A stretch of 64,000 bases of DNA from Camelus dromedarius. Its lineage: Eukaryota. Positions 10,108 through 22,725 of this stretch are shown here, one piece after another. Location: NCBI RefSeq assembly GCF_036321535.1, contig NC_087437.1, positions 8,990,001-9,054,000 of the forward strand. The letters are read 5' to 3'. Position 1 is the stretch's first letter. Each line of letters begins with the position of its first letter. Both the position numbers and the translations under genes were made by a program. Under the pieces are notes generated by a model that was not told the DNA's origin, did no database searches, and saw nothing but the letters and a program-made list of their open reading frames with translations.

Positions 10108-13100
10108 TGTAACATAACTCGGGGTGGAGTCAGGTTCAGGGACTGGGTTAGCATCTACTCAAGGGACTCATGCATTCCCCCTCGTCCCTTCTGGCCCCCT
10201 CCACCCGCTGGGCAGAGATTCTCTAGAGGCTTACAGCGTCCATATTTCCTTCTCCCAAAGGGAGGAAACAGTTTTACATCTTGATGGAGACTGTGAGCCT
10301 CACAATTCTGCAGGAGACCTAATTATTGCCATTCCAGTTTCCTCAGTCTCTAACGCTGATTTTAACCCTCTTTTCGATACCATCCCTGATAAACTTCAGT
10401 CTGAGCGCTCTTAACACGGGTATCACTCATTCTGCACCACCCATAAACGTTCAGGTGGGCGAAAGAAAGCCTCTGCCTCATATGCACCAATACCCACTAA
10501 ATGCAAAGGCTACTGAAGGAATCAAACCCACAAGTGAAGCACACATTAAACAAGGTTTGATTGTTCCCATCCAAGTCCGTGTAGTGCTCCCATCTTCCCT
10601 GTGCAAAAACCACATGAAAGAGGATGGACGTTTGCCCAGGACTCAAGGGCCATTAACAACAGAGTTATATCTTCACACCCCGTTGTGCCAAATCCCCATA
10701 CCCTGCTTTGAGCCGTACCTCCAAGGACACAAGCTTTACTGTGATTACACCTCTGCAGTGCCTTCTTTGGCTCCCTTGTTCACCCTGAGAGTCAATATTT
10801 ATTCACCTTCACCTGGGAAAATCAACAATTGACTTGGACTGATATGCCCCAAAGCTACATGGAAAGCCCAAATTATTTTTTCACAAATTTTAAAGGTTGA
10901 TAATTGTTGATGCTATCTTCCCTAAGAATTCTTCTCTTTCACAATATGTAGCTGATCTCTACTCTCCTTCAGAGTTAGCATCCTTGCAAGACAGCCTCCG
11001 TCTCCTCTGAGAACTAGCAAAAAAGGAGACGTAAGATTTCAAAGGGAAAACTTAAATTCTGTAAACCCAAAGTTAGACATTTTGGTTATTTAATTACTGA
11101 GCATGGCCTCCACTTAGATCTAGATAGAATTCAGAGTATTTTAATTTTTCCTCGCCCCCAAAACAAAATGACAACTCAGGTTTTTTAGGACTGACAAGGT
11201 GTTATATAAAATGGGTTCCAAATTTTTCGGCCATGGCACATCCCTTATAGTTCCTCCTTAAGGCTGACCACACTAAGCCTTTTATTTGGACAAAAGAAAC
11301 TTAAAAGGCTTAAGAGTAAAACCCTTACTAAAGCCAGCCTTCATGACTCATCTGCCTTAGGTCTACCTGTTTTCCCTTTTTCTTCATGAAAGAGGTGGAA
11401 ATGCCCTCTGTGTACTGACTCAGTGCCATGGTTACCAACACAGACCTATAGGATATGACAGTCAGCTAGACCCGGTAGCCAGAGGTCTTCCGCCTTGCAT
11501 GAGAGCCATCGTGGCCACTGCCAATTCATTACAACATGTAAAAGAACTAGTAATGGGCTCCCCACTGACCATTTATGTACCCCTTTCCACAGAAGTCTTG
11601 CTTAATTCTCACCATCCTTAGCGTCTTTCAACCAGTAGACTAATCTCCTATGAAATTCTTCTACTGTCTCCTTCTAATGTGACTATTTCCCATTGCAACG
11701 TCCTGAATCCTACAATCCTCTTCCCTTGGCCAAACAGTGAAGCCCCCCATGACTGTCTGATGCTCGCTGACCAACTCCTAACCACTCAAAACAACTTACA
11801 GGCGACTCCTCTTAAAAATGCTGAGCTGATTTGTTTACTGATGGATCTTACTTAAAAGATGAATCTGGCCGCTACTGAGTTGGTTTGGTCTTTGACCAAA
11901 GTCACTGAGGCTGACACCCTACCAGAAGCTACTTCTGTTCAATGGACAGAACTCTTTGCCTTAATTAGAGCCTGCCTTTCAGCAAAAGATAAAACCGTAA
12001 ATATATCCACTAGCATCAGGCACACTTCAGTGTTGCTCATGATTTTGGCCTGCTTTGGAAGCAGAGAGGGTTTCTGACCTCCTCAAGTGGAGAATCAAAA
12101 ATAGTTCTTATGTACAGAGGCTCTCAGATGTCATGCCACTGCCTAAACCCTTCGCGATAATTAAAACTCATGGGACCTCAACAACAGACTCAGAAGAAGG
12201 TAAGGGAAACCATTTGGCTTCTGCCGCTGCTAAGACAACAGCCCTCCAAAAGTCCATGATCATGTTGGAAAGACCCCGTCTACACGTACATTCAAAATCT
12301 GAACTAATTACTAAAATAAGTGAAGCACAACAGCTCTCCATTTGGAGAGACTGAGAAAATTGTGGTAAGATTGTGTACCTGACCCCAAGAGAAATCTTTG
12401 ATTAGGATCAAATGGCAAACCTGTTCTCCCTAATTGTTTACAAAAAAATTTGTCCTAGAGTATGTATGTAATCTGACTCCCGGAAACACTGATAAGAGGG
12501 TTCAGTGGGAAAAAACAGTATTATTGGAAACCACCTCCTAAAATGACTATGTATATCAAAATTGTCCGATATGTCCTAAGCATAACCCAAGAAAACCTCT
12601 CCATCATTCTATCATACAGCTTCCCTTACCCTTGGGACCTTGTCAGGTATGGCAAATAAATGGATGGATTTATCCAGGTACCACCACCTAAAGTTTACAA
12701 ATATATATTGGTTATGATTTGTGTGTTCTCTCACTGCCTGGAAGCTTTTCCTTGTGCAGGGCTATGACCACAGCAGCAGTAAAGTTTTGTTGGAAAAAGT
12801 TATTTCCACCTGGGGAGTACCCTCTGAACTCCACTGTAACAGAAGCTCCCTTTTTGCTGAACAAGTGATCCGATCTGTTTGTAAAATCTGGCCTCTTTCA
12901 CAGCACTTCTATTGCGTCTAGCATCCCCAGTCATCAGGGTTGGTGGAAAACATTAACTGAATTATAAAAATTCAGTTAGCTAAAGGTGTTGTCATGTAAG
13001 CTTCCTTGGCCCAAAGAGCAGCCTTTTAGTCTTACCTGAGATGTACTCCCTTTGTGAAAAGCAGGTTATCATTATTTGAAATTGTTACTGGCAGAGCCAT

Positions 13101-13420
13101 GAGATTAGATAAAGACGTGTATGAACCGACTCTGTTAAAAGGAAACATCTTGACCTGTGGTAAGGAACTTACCAAGCCCTTAAAACTGATTCACAGCTCA
13201 TGGAGCAGTCTTTCCACGGGGTGCTCCTTGGAGACAAAAACACTCAGCATCGTGGCCTCCAACCTGGAGATGACGTTTATTGGAAACACTAACTTCACAA
13301 AGATGCCTTTTACCCCTGGCGGGAGGGACCATTTCAGGCTCTGTTAACTAACCCTCGTGCTGCCAAATGAAGAACACTGACTCAGATTTATGTTTCTCAT
13401 TTTAAAAAGGTTCTTACACC
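10108..13420 (+). mobile_element. pol: Degenerate class I (gamma/epsilon-like) ERV pro-pol: protease end, RT, RNase H, integrase
   Basis: Protease end THAFPLVPSGPLHPLGRDSLE; RT QYPLNAKATEGIKP, FAQDSRAIN, QYVADL at 10942-10959 (from YVDDL); RNase H FTDGSY (11834-11851), TELFALIRAC; integrase CPIC (~12562), WQ..MDFIQ, LLEKVISTWGVPSELH. Multiple stops and frameshifts. Confidence 0.95.
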
Positions 13421-13946
13421 TACCTGGACTTCGCAGCTTGGTGAAAACCTCAAACTAAAACTATTCAGACAGCCCCAAAGATTGACAACAACTTTCTTGG
13501 ATGAGAAACAGGAGACCTCTAAGTAAACAGCTTTCCCAAGAATCCAGACCAGGCTAGTCTATCCAAATATATATTAGACTCTTTTTACTCTTCCTGTGAT
13601 AAACCCCCAACCTTCAGAAGTTTTTGGACTGCTATTCCTTGTGGTTGGAATCCTTTTATAATTATTTGTATATAATAATAATTTTAAAATTTTTATAAGT
13701 TTATTACTCTATCCTCTACAAAATAGGACTCTTTCTTTGGTGGTTCTAACCTTCCTGTTTCTGACCTCCTTTTGTCCTTGTTAAATCCATGATGCTCTGC
13801 ATTTCTAGCTGCTGCTCAGCCACTCAGATATGAGTGCTATGGTTGCTCAAAGTCTTGAATTACTCGATACATCCTACAATTTATACTACAGATAAAAAAC
13901 GGACTAAGTAAATCATTATAGCAGATGTGGACAATGCCTACGTTCT

Positions 13947-14016
13947 TTTTTTTTTTTTTTAACATTTTTTTCTTATTGAGTTATAGTCATTTTACAATGT
14001 TGTGTCAAATTCCAGT
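13947..14016 (-). mobile_element. 70-bp L1 3' terminus inserted in the ERV 3' region
   Basis: Poly(T) plus ttattgagttatagtcattttacaatgttgtgtc; TSD aatgcctacgttct (13933-13946) / aatgcctaagttct (14017-14030). Confidence 0.88.
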
Positions 14017-14225
14017 AATGCCTAAGTTCTAAGTCATGAAAATCTTCCTGTTGTTGGACTGTGACTATCCCCTTGTGATTATGACTCTCAGTTCCTTTCC
14101 CTCCTCTGTGGGACATGACAGGCAAGCAACGAGCCTTCCTGATGCCAGGGGACTTTTGTTCAGTGATATTAACAAACGATTGCTAATACATAAGACGATT
14201 TATCATCAATGTTTTCCAAGGGAAA

Positions 14226-14615
14226 TGCGGACCATGAACAACAAAATGGAGTCACTTATGTCAAAGAAATCTAAAACACAGCCAGGAGGACATTAAGGGA
14301 GCAGAGCTTACACAGGTTGTAAACTTTTGACCCGGCCATCCTAAAACCACCGAAACTGGTTTTCTTTACTCCCCAGAGACCACAGCTAAGCAACCAATCT
14401 GCTGCTGTCAAGTGACTGAATGCCTACTGGCACCAATCGTAGTTCTATAAAGATAACCTCTACAACTTCTCTGGAATGTCTTTGTCTCTTGCCTTTACAA
14501 ACATTTGGAGCACATTTGAGTTGCTACTTGAATCAGTGCCTCCTGAATTGTAATTCTTAAGACCCCAAATAAACTCTTTTTCTCATTTGCAGCCTTCTGC
14601 ATTTCTTGGTCAACA
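14226..14615 (+). mobile_element. 3' LTR of the ERV
   Basis: Purine tract aagggaaa directly before TG; aaaatggagtc, tataaa, aataaa; ends ggtcaaca. Confidence 0.8.
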
Positions 14616-14629
14616 CATCCATCTTCACC

Positions 14630-14750
14630 ACTAGTTTGGATACCAATGTGAACGAGTTGCTGAGTTTTCTTGAGTCTCAATTATCTCCTCTGCAAAATGG
14701 GTATTGTAATATCAACCTCACAAAGGTTTTGTGATTAATTTAAGTATACA
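14630..14750 (+). mobile_element. MIR fragment
   Basis: ctgcaaaatgggtattgtaatatcaacctcaca core. Confidence 0.65.
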
Positions 14751-15713
14751 GTATTTTACACACCAGTTTTTGGAGGGGAAAAGAGATCAATTTTATATCA
14801 TCATTACAATAAAATTCTGTATTCTGATTCAATATGTCCTAAAACTCACAAGCTTATCTCTGGATTCTGTTTTTAGGCAAGTCACATTTTCTTTATCGTT
14901 TTTCAATCTGATGCATCTGCCTTCATAAATCATATATAAAGTTGATAAAAGCAGAGAGCACAGCCTTAAGAAAATCCAACAGGTCGGCAACTATTTATAA
15001 TGTGACAATTTATGAGAAAAACTATCTCCATTACATAAATAATTCCCTTGCATTTCATTTGCTTACACACCATTATTTCTACAAGTTTGTCACAAAAAAG
15101 AATAAAGGTTGATTTATCTTTTTAAGGTGGCACTGTGGGTAAATGTGTGTACAATACATTGCTTCAGTCTTTCTTGCTAAGATGGTAATACCATCTTTTG
15201 TTTATTATAAAGATAGACCTGAATTTCAGCCAAAGGCTAATCATCCACAGAGACACAGAAAGCCCTGTGAATAATTTCGCCTGGAGCGTTTTCTGTGCAC
15301 TCCAGGGATCTTCCGCTGGTTCCACCTGAGTCTCCGTCTTGGCATGGAAATGTGAGCTGTCCTCAGACAGTTACTTATTTAGAACTTTATCCTCTCTCAT
15401 CAGCATAAGAGTAAGAGCAATAGCATTGCTTCAGGGCATGTTCTCCAGCCTGTGTGCTGGCAGAAAGAGCCCACTACGTACTGAGGACCAAGGACGCCTG
15501 TGTTTTCATCATGACCTCCTATTAGACATCCTTGTGCCGATCATAGAGCATTCGGAAAATCATTTTATAAAATAAGGATAGATTCAATGTGTCTATTTCT
15601 AAAACCATGCATAAATGTTTTTTAAAACATTATCGTTTATAAATAATCAAATCAAAATCATCTCTGAAATAAGGACCATGTGCTTGAATGTGTTTTATAA
15701 ACCTAGCTAACAC

Positions 15714-16002
15714 TATAGGAGTTTTTGCTGCAAAAAAAAAATGCAGTCCAATATCAAAATTACTGATCAAAAAAAAAAAAAAGCAGACATCTCAAGTTGA
15801 AGATTTTTAATGCCTTTCTCTGTGTGGGAAGATAAGTGTCTGGGCTCATTAAAATTATTCCTTTGATCAGCCTGCTAACAATCTAGGACCTGTATCCGAG
15901 ATTTCTTCATCCTGAATTCCCCTCAGGGTATTCCGTCAGGGTCAGTGCAGCTGCCGTGGTCCTCGTCTTGATGGCAGGCAACATTTTTTTTTTTTGTCCA
16001 CA
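15714..16002 (-). mobile_element. Partial LTR related to the LTR at 57714-58199
   Basis: Shares cagacatctcaagtt...tgggctcatt...ccctcaggg...cttgatggc with 57920-58150. Confidence 0.75.
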
Positions 16003-17224
16003 CCAGAATACCTTTCCCTGTGTGGTTTTGTTAGAGCAGGCAGATAGCTAGATATGAGCAGAGAAAGGGGGACACAGGCCAAATGGCAGGAATCGGGCAA
16101 AAGAGGAGGGGCACCAGCCAAATGCAGGAAAACATACATCATGTAAACAACAGGGGTCCCTGGGCAGAGAAAGAAAAGCAGGAACCTCTGGGCTGATAAG
16201 AAATCGCATACTTTGGGGTGACAAGTGTCCTGGAGGCAGGCAAACAAAGGTGAGAAAAGGCAGGAATCTCCAGTGTCCAAATGTAACCTTTTGCTCATTA
16301 TGCCCTCATTACAATAAAATTAGCCTTGCAGATGAGAAGTACCCGGCATGCACCGAGGCCATGACACTTCCGATCCAGACTAAATAAGGACAAAAATCCC
16401 TTCTCCCTTCAGGAAGGTGGAGTTGGGATGAAAATCAGGGAGTATGACCCCAAACCCTTCCCTCCCCAATGAATATTCTGCCCATTCATTTTTACACTCT
16501 ATGTAACCAACTTGCTAAAGAAACTCAGGGCAGCCACTCACCTGAGCCTGCCTGCTCTCCCCTTGAGAGTGTCCCATCCATCCCTTAATAAACCCTCACT
16601 TGACTTTCTTAACATCCATGTCTCATCTCTGAATTCTTTCTGCAACAAGACTAGAACCTATTCACCAGCAACAGTTTCAGAATAGAGTTGACCAAGAAAG
16701 GAACTTGTGTAAGACTGGAAGGTAGAAATGAAGCCAGGGCCAGCACTCTTTGAAGGAACTTGGCCATCAGACAATAGGACAGCAGACCAGAAGTGTCCAG
16801 TGAACTCCAGTTTGGCTTCTCCTCACAGTCTGAGTCCATCTTGTCTCCCCAGTTGCTGGTCCTGTCAGCCACTCGTGACCCCATGCTTACCACTGGGCAC
16901 AAGCCCAGGGAGACACCAGCTTCTTCAGAAGAGGCAATTACTGTAGTTACTATAGTTCTCCCTTCATGGCCCGATTAGATGTCCAGGGGTACTTTGCTTC
17001 TAGAATTTTCCTGCAAGCTCTGACTTGTCCAGGTACCCCAGGGCAAAGACGGCTCAAGCTAAGACAGTTAGTAGCTATTCTTCAGATCTTCCCTCTCCTC
17101 CTTTCTAGACCTTCCTTTCTTCATCTCCTCTCATATGTATGTAATGTCTAATTCCTGTCTTATACACCCTGTTCCCAGAATACTTACGTGACTCCATTCT
17201 CCTGACAGAGCTTGAAAAGATACA
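16003..17224 (+). mobile_element. Ancient ERVL-class LTR (LTR33/LTR50-like), interrupted by a younger LTR
   Basis: ccagaatacctttccctgtgtggttt|cagaatagagttgaccaag joins across the insert; ends cctgacagagc...gataca, an ERVL-type end. Confidence 0.5.
16029..16673 (+). mobile_element. Solo LTR (ERV1-type)
   Basis: TG...CA termini (tgttagagc...ccagcaaca), perfect 4-bp TSD gttt, aataaa at ~16587; homologous to 30001-30628. Confidence 0.92.
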
Positions 17225-17319
17225 AGCCTAGATTCATAAAGTCCCTTCTAGTTAGGACATTAAATGGTTCTATAATTTCTCTCATAGACTCAACCATTAA
17301 CCCAAGAGTGATGATAAAT

Positions 17320-17470
17320 GTTTTCATTTAATCCTCACAACAAGTCTGTGAAGCAGGTATTATTAATAGGCTCATTTTCCAAGATGAAGGAACGCATTTT
17401 AAGAACATTATCTAATTTGATTCCCACAACTTGTTGTGACCATAATTCAAACTCTGTGTGTCGCACTCCA
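17320..17470 (-). mobile_element. MIR fragment
   Basis: tcatttaatcctcacaacaa...ggtattatta...cattttccaagatgaagga. Confidence 0.75.
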
Positions 17471-17647
17471 GAATATTAAGTCCTCAGGGTGCACAAACAC
17501 CTACAGATCCATTGGTGTGACTCAGATGATCTGGGACCACGTGGAAAGTGTGTTTGTGTTAAACATTTTTCTAGGTAGGAGTCTATATAGTTTTCAACAC
17601 ATTTACAAAGAATTCTATAAACTCAAACATTGTAATTAATGCTAGAA

Positions 17648-17855
17648 ACTGTGCTGTTCAATATGGTCTCTACTGGCCATATTACTTAAATTTCGATTAA
17701 TTCAAATTTAATAAAATTTAACAGTTTCTTAATTACACTCATCACATTTCAGGTGCCCAGTAGCCACATGTGGCTAGTGGCTACCATATTGAGCAGTACA
17801 GATAGAACTTTCTGTGATGATGGAACTGTTTTCCATCAGGGAGTGCTACTTTAGA
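17648..17855. mobile_element. hAT-Charlie MITE (MER3/MER33-like)
   Basis: ctgtgctgttcaatatggt...tagccacatgtggctagtggctaccatattgagcagtacag. Confidence 0.75.
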
Positions 17856-18833
17856 GGATAGTCAATATTTTAAAGAAATGCAAAAGGAGCATTACCCTTT
17901 ATTAAGGGAGTGACCTCTTGTTCACCATTCCCCTACTCTCTCTCACCTTTTCCCAAGACAGAAAACCCCCATTTGAGTAGAACATTAAATTCACAAACAG
18001 CTTAGGAGAAGCTCTCTGTTTTGCTTTATAAAGGTCAGTGCTTTTTGTACAGCATGATTGCATACAGAGTTGAAAAACAGACCCAATTCACCTACAGAGC
18101 CACATAAATATTTTAAGACTGGGTTTTATAAACTTTAAACTTTACGATAGGCTTTGGTTCCACAGCAGGTGGAGTCTATACATCACCAAGTCCCACCACT
18201 CGTGGCTATTGTTTTAGTAGCCTGCTTCTGCTTGGCCATACACTACTCCAGTGGGTCGGATTAACAGCTCTCCGGGGCCCCCTTCTACCTTCCAGGAGAA
18301 AGACTGATTGAACCAGAAGCAAATTCCTCCTTCTTTGACTTATGAGCATAAAAGAAAAACCTAGGATTTATCAACAGCGCAATAGACTACCAACAGGAAA
18401 CCAATCACCCTCTTCGGGGGAAAGTGCGAAAGAGTTTATCATCCTTTCAGGCCAGAAAGGTTTTGAATGGTGAACACAGATCTTTTACAGCTGCAACAGA
18501 CTTCTTTGCATTTTAAGGAGAAACATAATAGCATCCCCAGTTAGGAAGTAATTAGAAAAATAAGTAGCAGTTCTAGAATTTGGCAGCTAGCCTACCCTCT
18601 CACAATCTGAAAGCAATCAGAACACTTCCAATTCACCTGCGTAAAGAAGGACTGGTGTGGGTACCACCATCAGTTCTGGTAAAAGGGGAAATACAGTCAG
18701 TTGCCTTAAAGTATGCTTGTCTTTTTTATATAGCCTTCTTATAGGGGTATATTCTCTGATTCTCTATGATAATCACTCCAAAAAAATGTAGGTGCAATTT
18801 GGGGATTGCTGACAATGTTTTCTAGCTATTTTT

Positions 18834-18928
18834 ATATGTATATATATGGATGTATATATACACACACACACATATATATATAATATTTCTTATAAATAAA
18901 TAAATAAATACTTATTTATTTATTTATA
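18834..18928. repeat. Compound microsatellite (TA/CA/TAAA/TTTA) containing a perfect 17-bp inverted repeat
   Basis: Arms 18891-18907 and 18912-18928, loop atac. Confidence 0.9.
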
Positions 18929-19734
18929 TTTCTAACTATTTTTTTAAACAGAAGAGTATGTAGAACCAGGGTCTGGAAAATACTTGGACAGTTTTCAAAT
19001 TTTGTATTTTAATTTAATTAAAATATAAATTCATCTTAACTTACGAGGAGTATCATATTCTTTAGAAATATCTTACCACTTAGAAAGATACATTTTCTTT
19101 GCAGTTATGATTTGCAACTGAAAGACACATTCATAGAATTAGACATTCTCTGTTCAAGTCAAATATCCCTCAAGCTATGGTTAGTGGGTCCTTTAGGATA
19201 TGTTTTTAAAGGTCCTTGAGAACTTCTCTCCTTAAAAGAGTTCCTTCTATCCTTAGGTCTGAGAAAAATTTACTTACCTGGGAATTCGTTAAAATGTATT
19301 CTGATCTAAAGTCTAATTTGGGGTGACTTGAAAAGGGCTATTTGTTGGCAACTTGCCTCAATGTCTTAACTTGGCAAATAAGGACAATAAAACCTTTGTT
19401 ATTAATCACAGAACTTATGAAGTCTCCTGAAACGATAAAATAAGGCAAATTTAGACTTAGCTAACCAGTAGTGAGGAGAGATGCTGCTTGGAGTTCATCT
19501 AGTATCGTACCTTTTTATAATGGACATTCAAATAAACGATAGAGCTCCTAGTTCGTCTTTTCCCCATCTGGAGGCATGTAACTCTAGCTGGCACATCCCC
19601 AGGAGAAGAGTCCGTCTTTCAGTCTGCAACTTGCTCTGTGTCTATGTCCACATGCTGAGAACTAAATGTAATTTGACCTTGAGATGAGGGTTTGAGACTT
19701 CTTTCTTGCCTCATAGATTAATTGGATGTGTTCT

Positions 19735-20478
19735 GTGTTCTGTTTTGTTTTTTAATTCCCATGTGGCTATAATTCTTCTAGTCTTTCTCTTACTGATTTC
19801 TGATTAAATGCTCTTTTGGTCAGAAAACACACTCTGTATGATTTCAATTAATTTAAATTTGAGGACTACTTTCTGGCTCAGAACATAGTTTACCTTGTTG
19901 AATAGCCCGTAGTCACTTAATATATGCATATATTCTGCTGTTGAGGGATGGGTTATTCGACATATGTCAATGTCAATTAGATTCTACTGTTTGAACCTGT
20001 AGGTTTATGTCTTCGGCCAAATTTAAGGAATTTACTGCCATTATTTCTTTGACAACATTATACAGACTCTCACCTCTCCTGGGACATTCAATGATAAGAA
20101 AACGTAATGCTTTTGTTGTCTCAGGATCCTTGAGGTTCCATTCATTTATTTTTTCAGTCACTCCGTTGTTCAGATTGGTTAAGTTCTGTGATCTGTCCTC
20201 AAGTTCACTGATTCTATCATCTATCATCTTCATCTAATGAGTTTTTATTTGTGTGATTGCATGTTTTAGCTTTATAATTTCTATTTGGTTTTTTTTATAA
20301 TTTCTTTCTTTGAGATTTTCTGTTTTTCATTTGTTTCAAGATAATTTGTAATTGATTGTTAAAGCAATTTATGACTTTTTAAAAATCCTTGTCAGATAAT
20401 TCTAACAGCTGATTTGCATTAATGTTAACATCTATTGATTGCATTTTCTCATTCATATAGTGATATTCCTGGTTCTTT
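19735..20478 (-). mobile_element. Old L1 fragments (ORF1 middle and endonuclease region)
   Basis: Minus ORF 19973-20233 DDRISELEDRS...KEIMAVNSLNLAEDINLQVQ is ORF1p-like. Confidence 0.75.
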
Positions 20479-20479
20479 G

Positions 20480-22725
20480 ATCTAAAGTGAATCTCTTGTA
20501 GATAGCATATAGATAGGTCTTGTTATTTTATCTAGTCAGCCAATCTATGTCTTTTAATTGGGGAATTTAATCCACTTATATTTAAAGTAATTGTTGATAG
20601 GAAAGGAATTTCTATTGCCATTTTGTTATAATCATTTTCTCTGTCTTTAATTATAGCTATTTTGTCCTTTTCTTCCCTTACTAGTTTCTTTAAAAAAAAT
20701 TTTTTTTTGTAATGGTATGTTTTAACTTCTTTCTTATTTTCTTTTGTGTATCTTCAACAGGGCTTTTCTTTGTGGCTTCCATAAAATATTTTAAAGTTAT
20801 AGCAATCTATTTTAAACTGTTCACAACTTAACTACGATTACATACACACACTCTACACTTTTACATTTCTGCTAGATGTTATTGATGTCAGAAGTTACAT
20901 CTTTTTATATTGTGGATTAATTAATATAGTTTTATTGTTATTTTTATCCTTTTCTTTAAAATTCTATTCAAGAATTAAGCATGATTTACACACCAACATT
21001 ACAATGTTACAGGATTCTCTATTTGTCTATATATTTACCTTCATCAGGTAACTTTATATTTTATGTGTGTTTATGTTCCTGGCTAGTATCCTTTCTTTTC
21101 AACTTGAAGGACTTCCTTTAGTATTTTTGGTAGAACAAGTCCAGTGAAGATGAAATCCCTCAGCTTTTGTTTATCTGAGAAAGTCTTAATTTCTTGCTCA
21201 TTTTTGAAGAAGAGTTTGCTTGTTGTAGTAGTCTTGGTTGGTAAAGTATTTGTTTGTTTGTTTGTTTGTTTTTTCTTCCAGTGCTTTGAATATATCTTTC
21301 AACTCCCTTTTAACCTACATGGTTTCTGTTGAAAATCACTGATAGTCTTATGGAGTTTCCATATACATGAGAAGTCATTTTTCTCTTGCTATTTTCTAGA
21401 TTGTCTTTTTGTCTGTGACTGTTGACAGTTTGATTATGTCTCAGAATGGGCCTCTATGAAGTTTTTTGAGTTTCTTGAATTTGTACTTCCATTCTCTCCT
21501 TCATTTTGGGGAAATTTTTAGCCATTTTTTTTTTTTTTTTTTTTTTAAATGTACTCTCTGGCCCTTTATCTCTCTCTTCCCCTTCCGGCACTCCCTTAAT
21601 GAGTATATCAATCTGTTTTGGTGTGTCTCATAAGTCCCTTAGGCTCTTTTCACTTTAATTTATTCTTTTCTATCTTTTGATTCAATAATTTTAAATGACC
21701 TGCTTTTAAATTCTTTCATCAACTTAATTAAATGTTCTGTTGAACTTCTCTAGTGAATTTTTCAACTCTATTTTTATATTCTTCAACTCCAGAATTTCTG
21801 CTTAGCTCTTCTTTTTTATAGTTTCTATCTATTTTTGATATTATTTTGTTCATGTATAGTTGTCTTGATTTTGTTTAGTTGGCTATCTCTGTTCTTTTTG
21901 TTCATTGACTGTCTTTAAGACAGTTATTTTGAATTCTTTGCCAGGTAATTCATAGATCTTCATCTCCTTAAGGTCAGTTTCTGGAGATTTAGTTTGTTCC
22001 CTTGATTGGACCATGTGCCTGTGTTTCTTCGTATGCCTTGTGATCTTTAAGTGAGATTTGGACGTTTGAATAAATAGCCATTTCTCCCAATCTTTAGGGT
22101 CTGACTTCATACAGAAGATCTTTACCAATCAGTCCAGCTAGAGATTCTTGGGACCTTTCAAATCTTTTCTGGAGATTTATCTTCTCTTGCCCTGTATATA
22201 TACTTTCTGTGTTAAAGCAATTTGCCTCTGTTTCATCTTAAGAGCCTGTAATCTCATCTTCCACCCCATGTCTGTCAATGGTATTGCAGTCTCTCTGGTT
22301 GTCTAAAAAGCCACAATGTTTGCGTTTGTTCTCAGAGGCTCACAACCTGGCATCCAGAATATAGCATCATTCCCTTTAGTGCTCCAGATTAGGTGAGATG
22401 GAAACCAGTCCCTTGAAAAGTCAGAATGTTAGGTGCATATACCATTCTTTTCTTTCCCTTCCAAGGGAGAAGCTAGAAGTTAGGAGTTTTATCTAATCAC
22501 CCACGATGTGCCAGAGAAGGGGAGAGACTAGGGTAGGCAAGTGCAATAAACTTTCCTGCCGACTTTGATGCCATTCTTCTTGGCTTTGTGCTCACCTGGG
22601 GTGCTACAACCTCTTAACTGGTTTCTAGATTTCTCATAAAAGGAATTTGGTCTGTATTTTATTGTTAACTTGGTGCCTCTTTGGGGAAATGAGGGCTTAT
22701 TCTGCCATCTTGCTGATGTCACTCA
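20480..22725 (-). mobile_element. L1 5' half: 5'UTR, ORF1 and the first ~130 nt of ORF2
   Basis: 5' end gacatcagcaagatggcagaataag; ORF1 N-terminal KSPETDLKEMKIYELPGKEFKITVLK; degenerate ORF2 start (SIITLN...ICYLQEIH) at 20490-20600. Confidence 0.85.

Noticed and set aside
10326..10832. 168-aa ORF, the longest in the track
   Set aside because: Frameshifted piece of dead ERV RT. Only the QYPL...GLIVP part is in the pol frame, and the YxDD motif downstream is mutated, so there is no sign of a domesticated gene.
19271..19281. Match to the U1 snRNA 5' end (tacttacctgg)
   Set aside because: Only 11 nt and no further U1 sequence; it is the complement of a splice-donor consensus.
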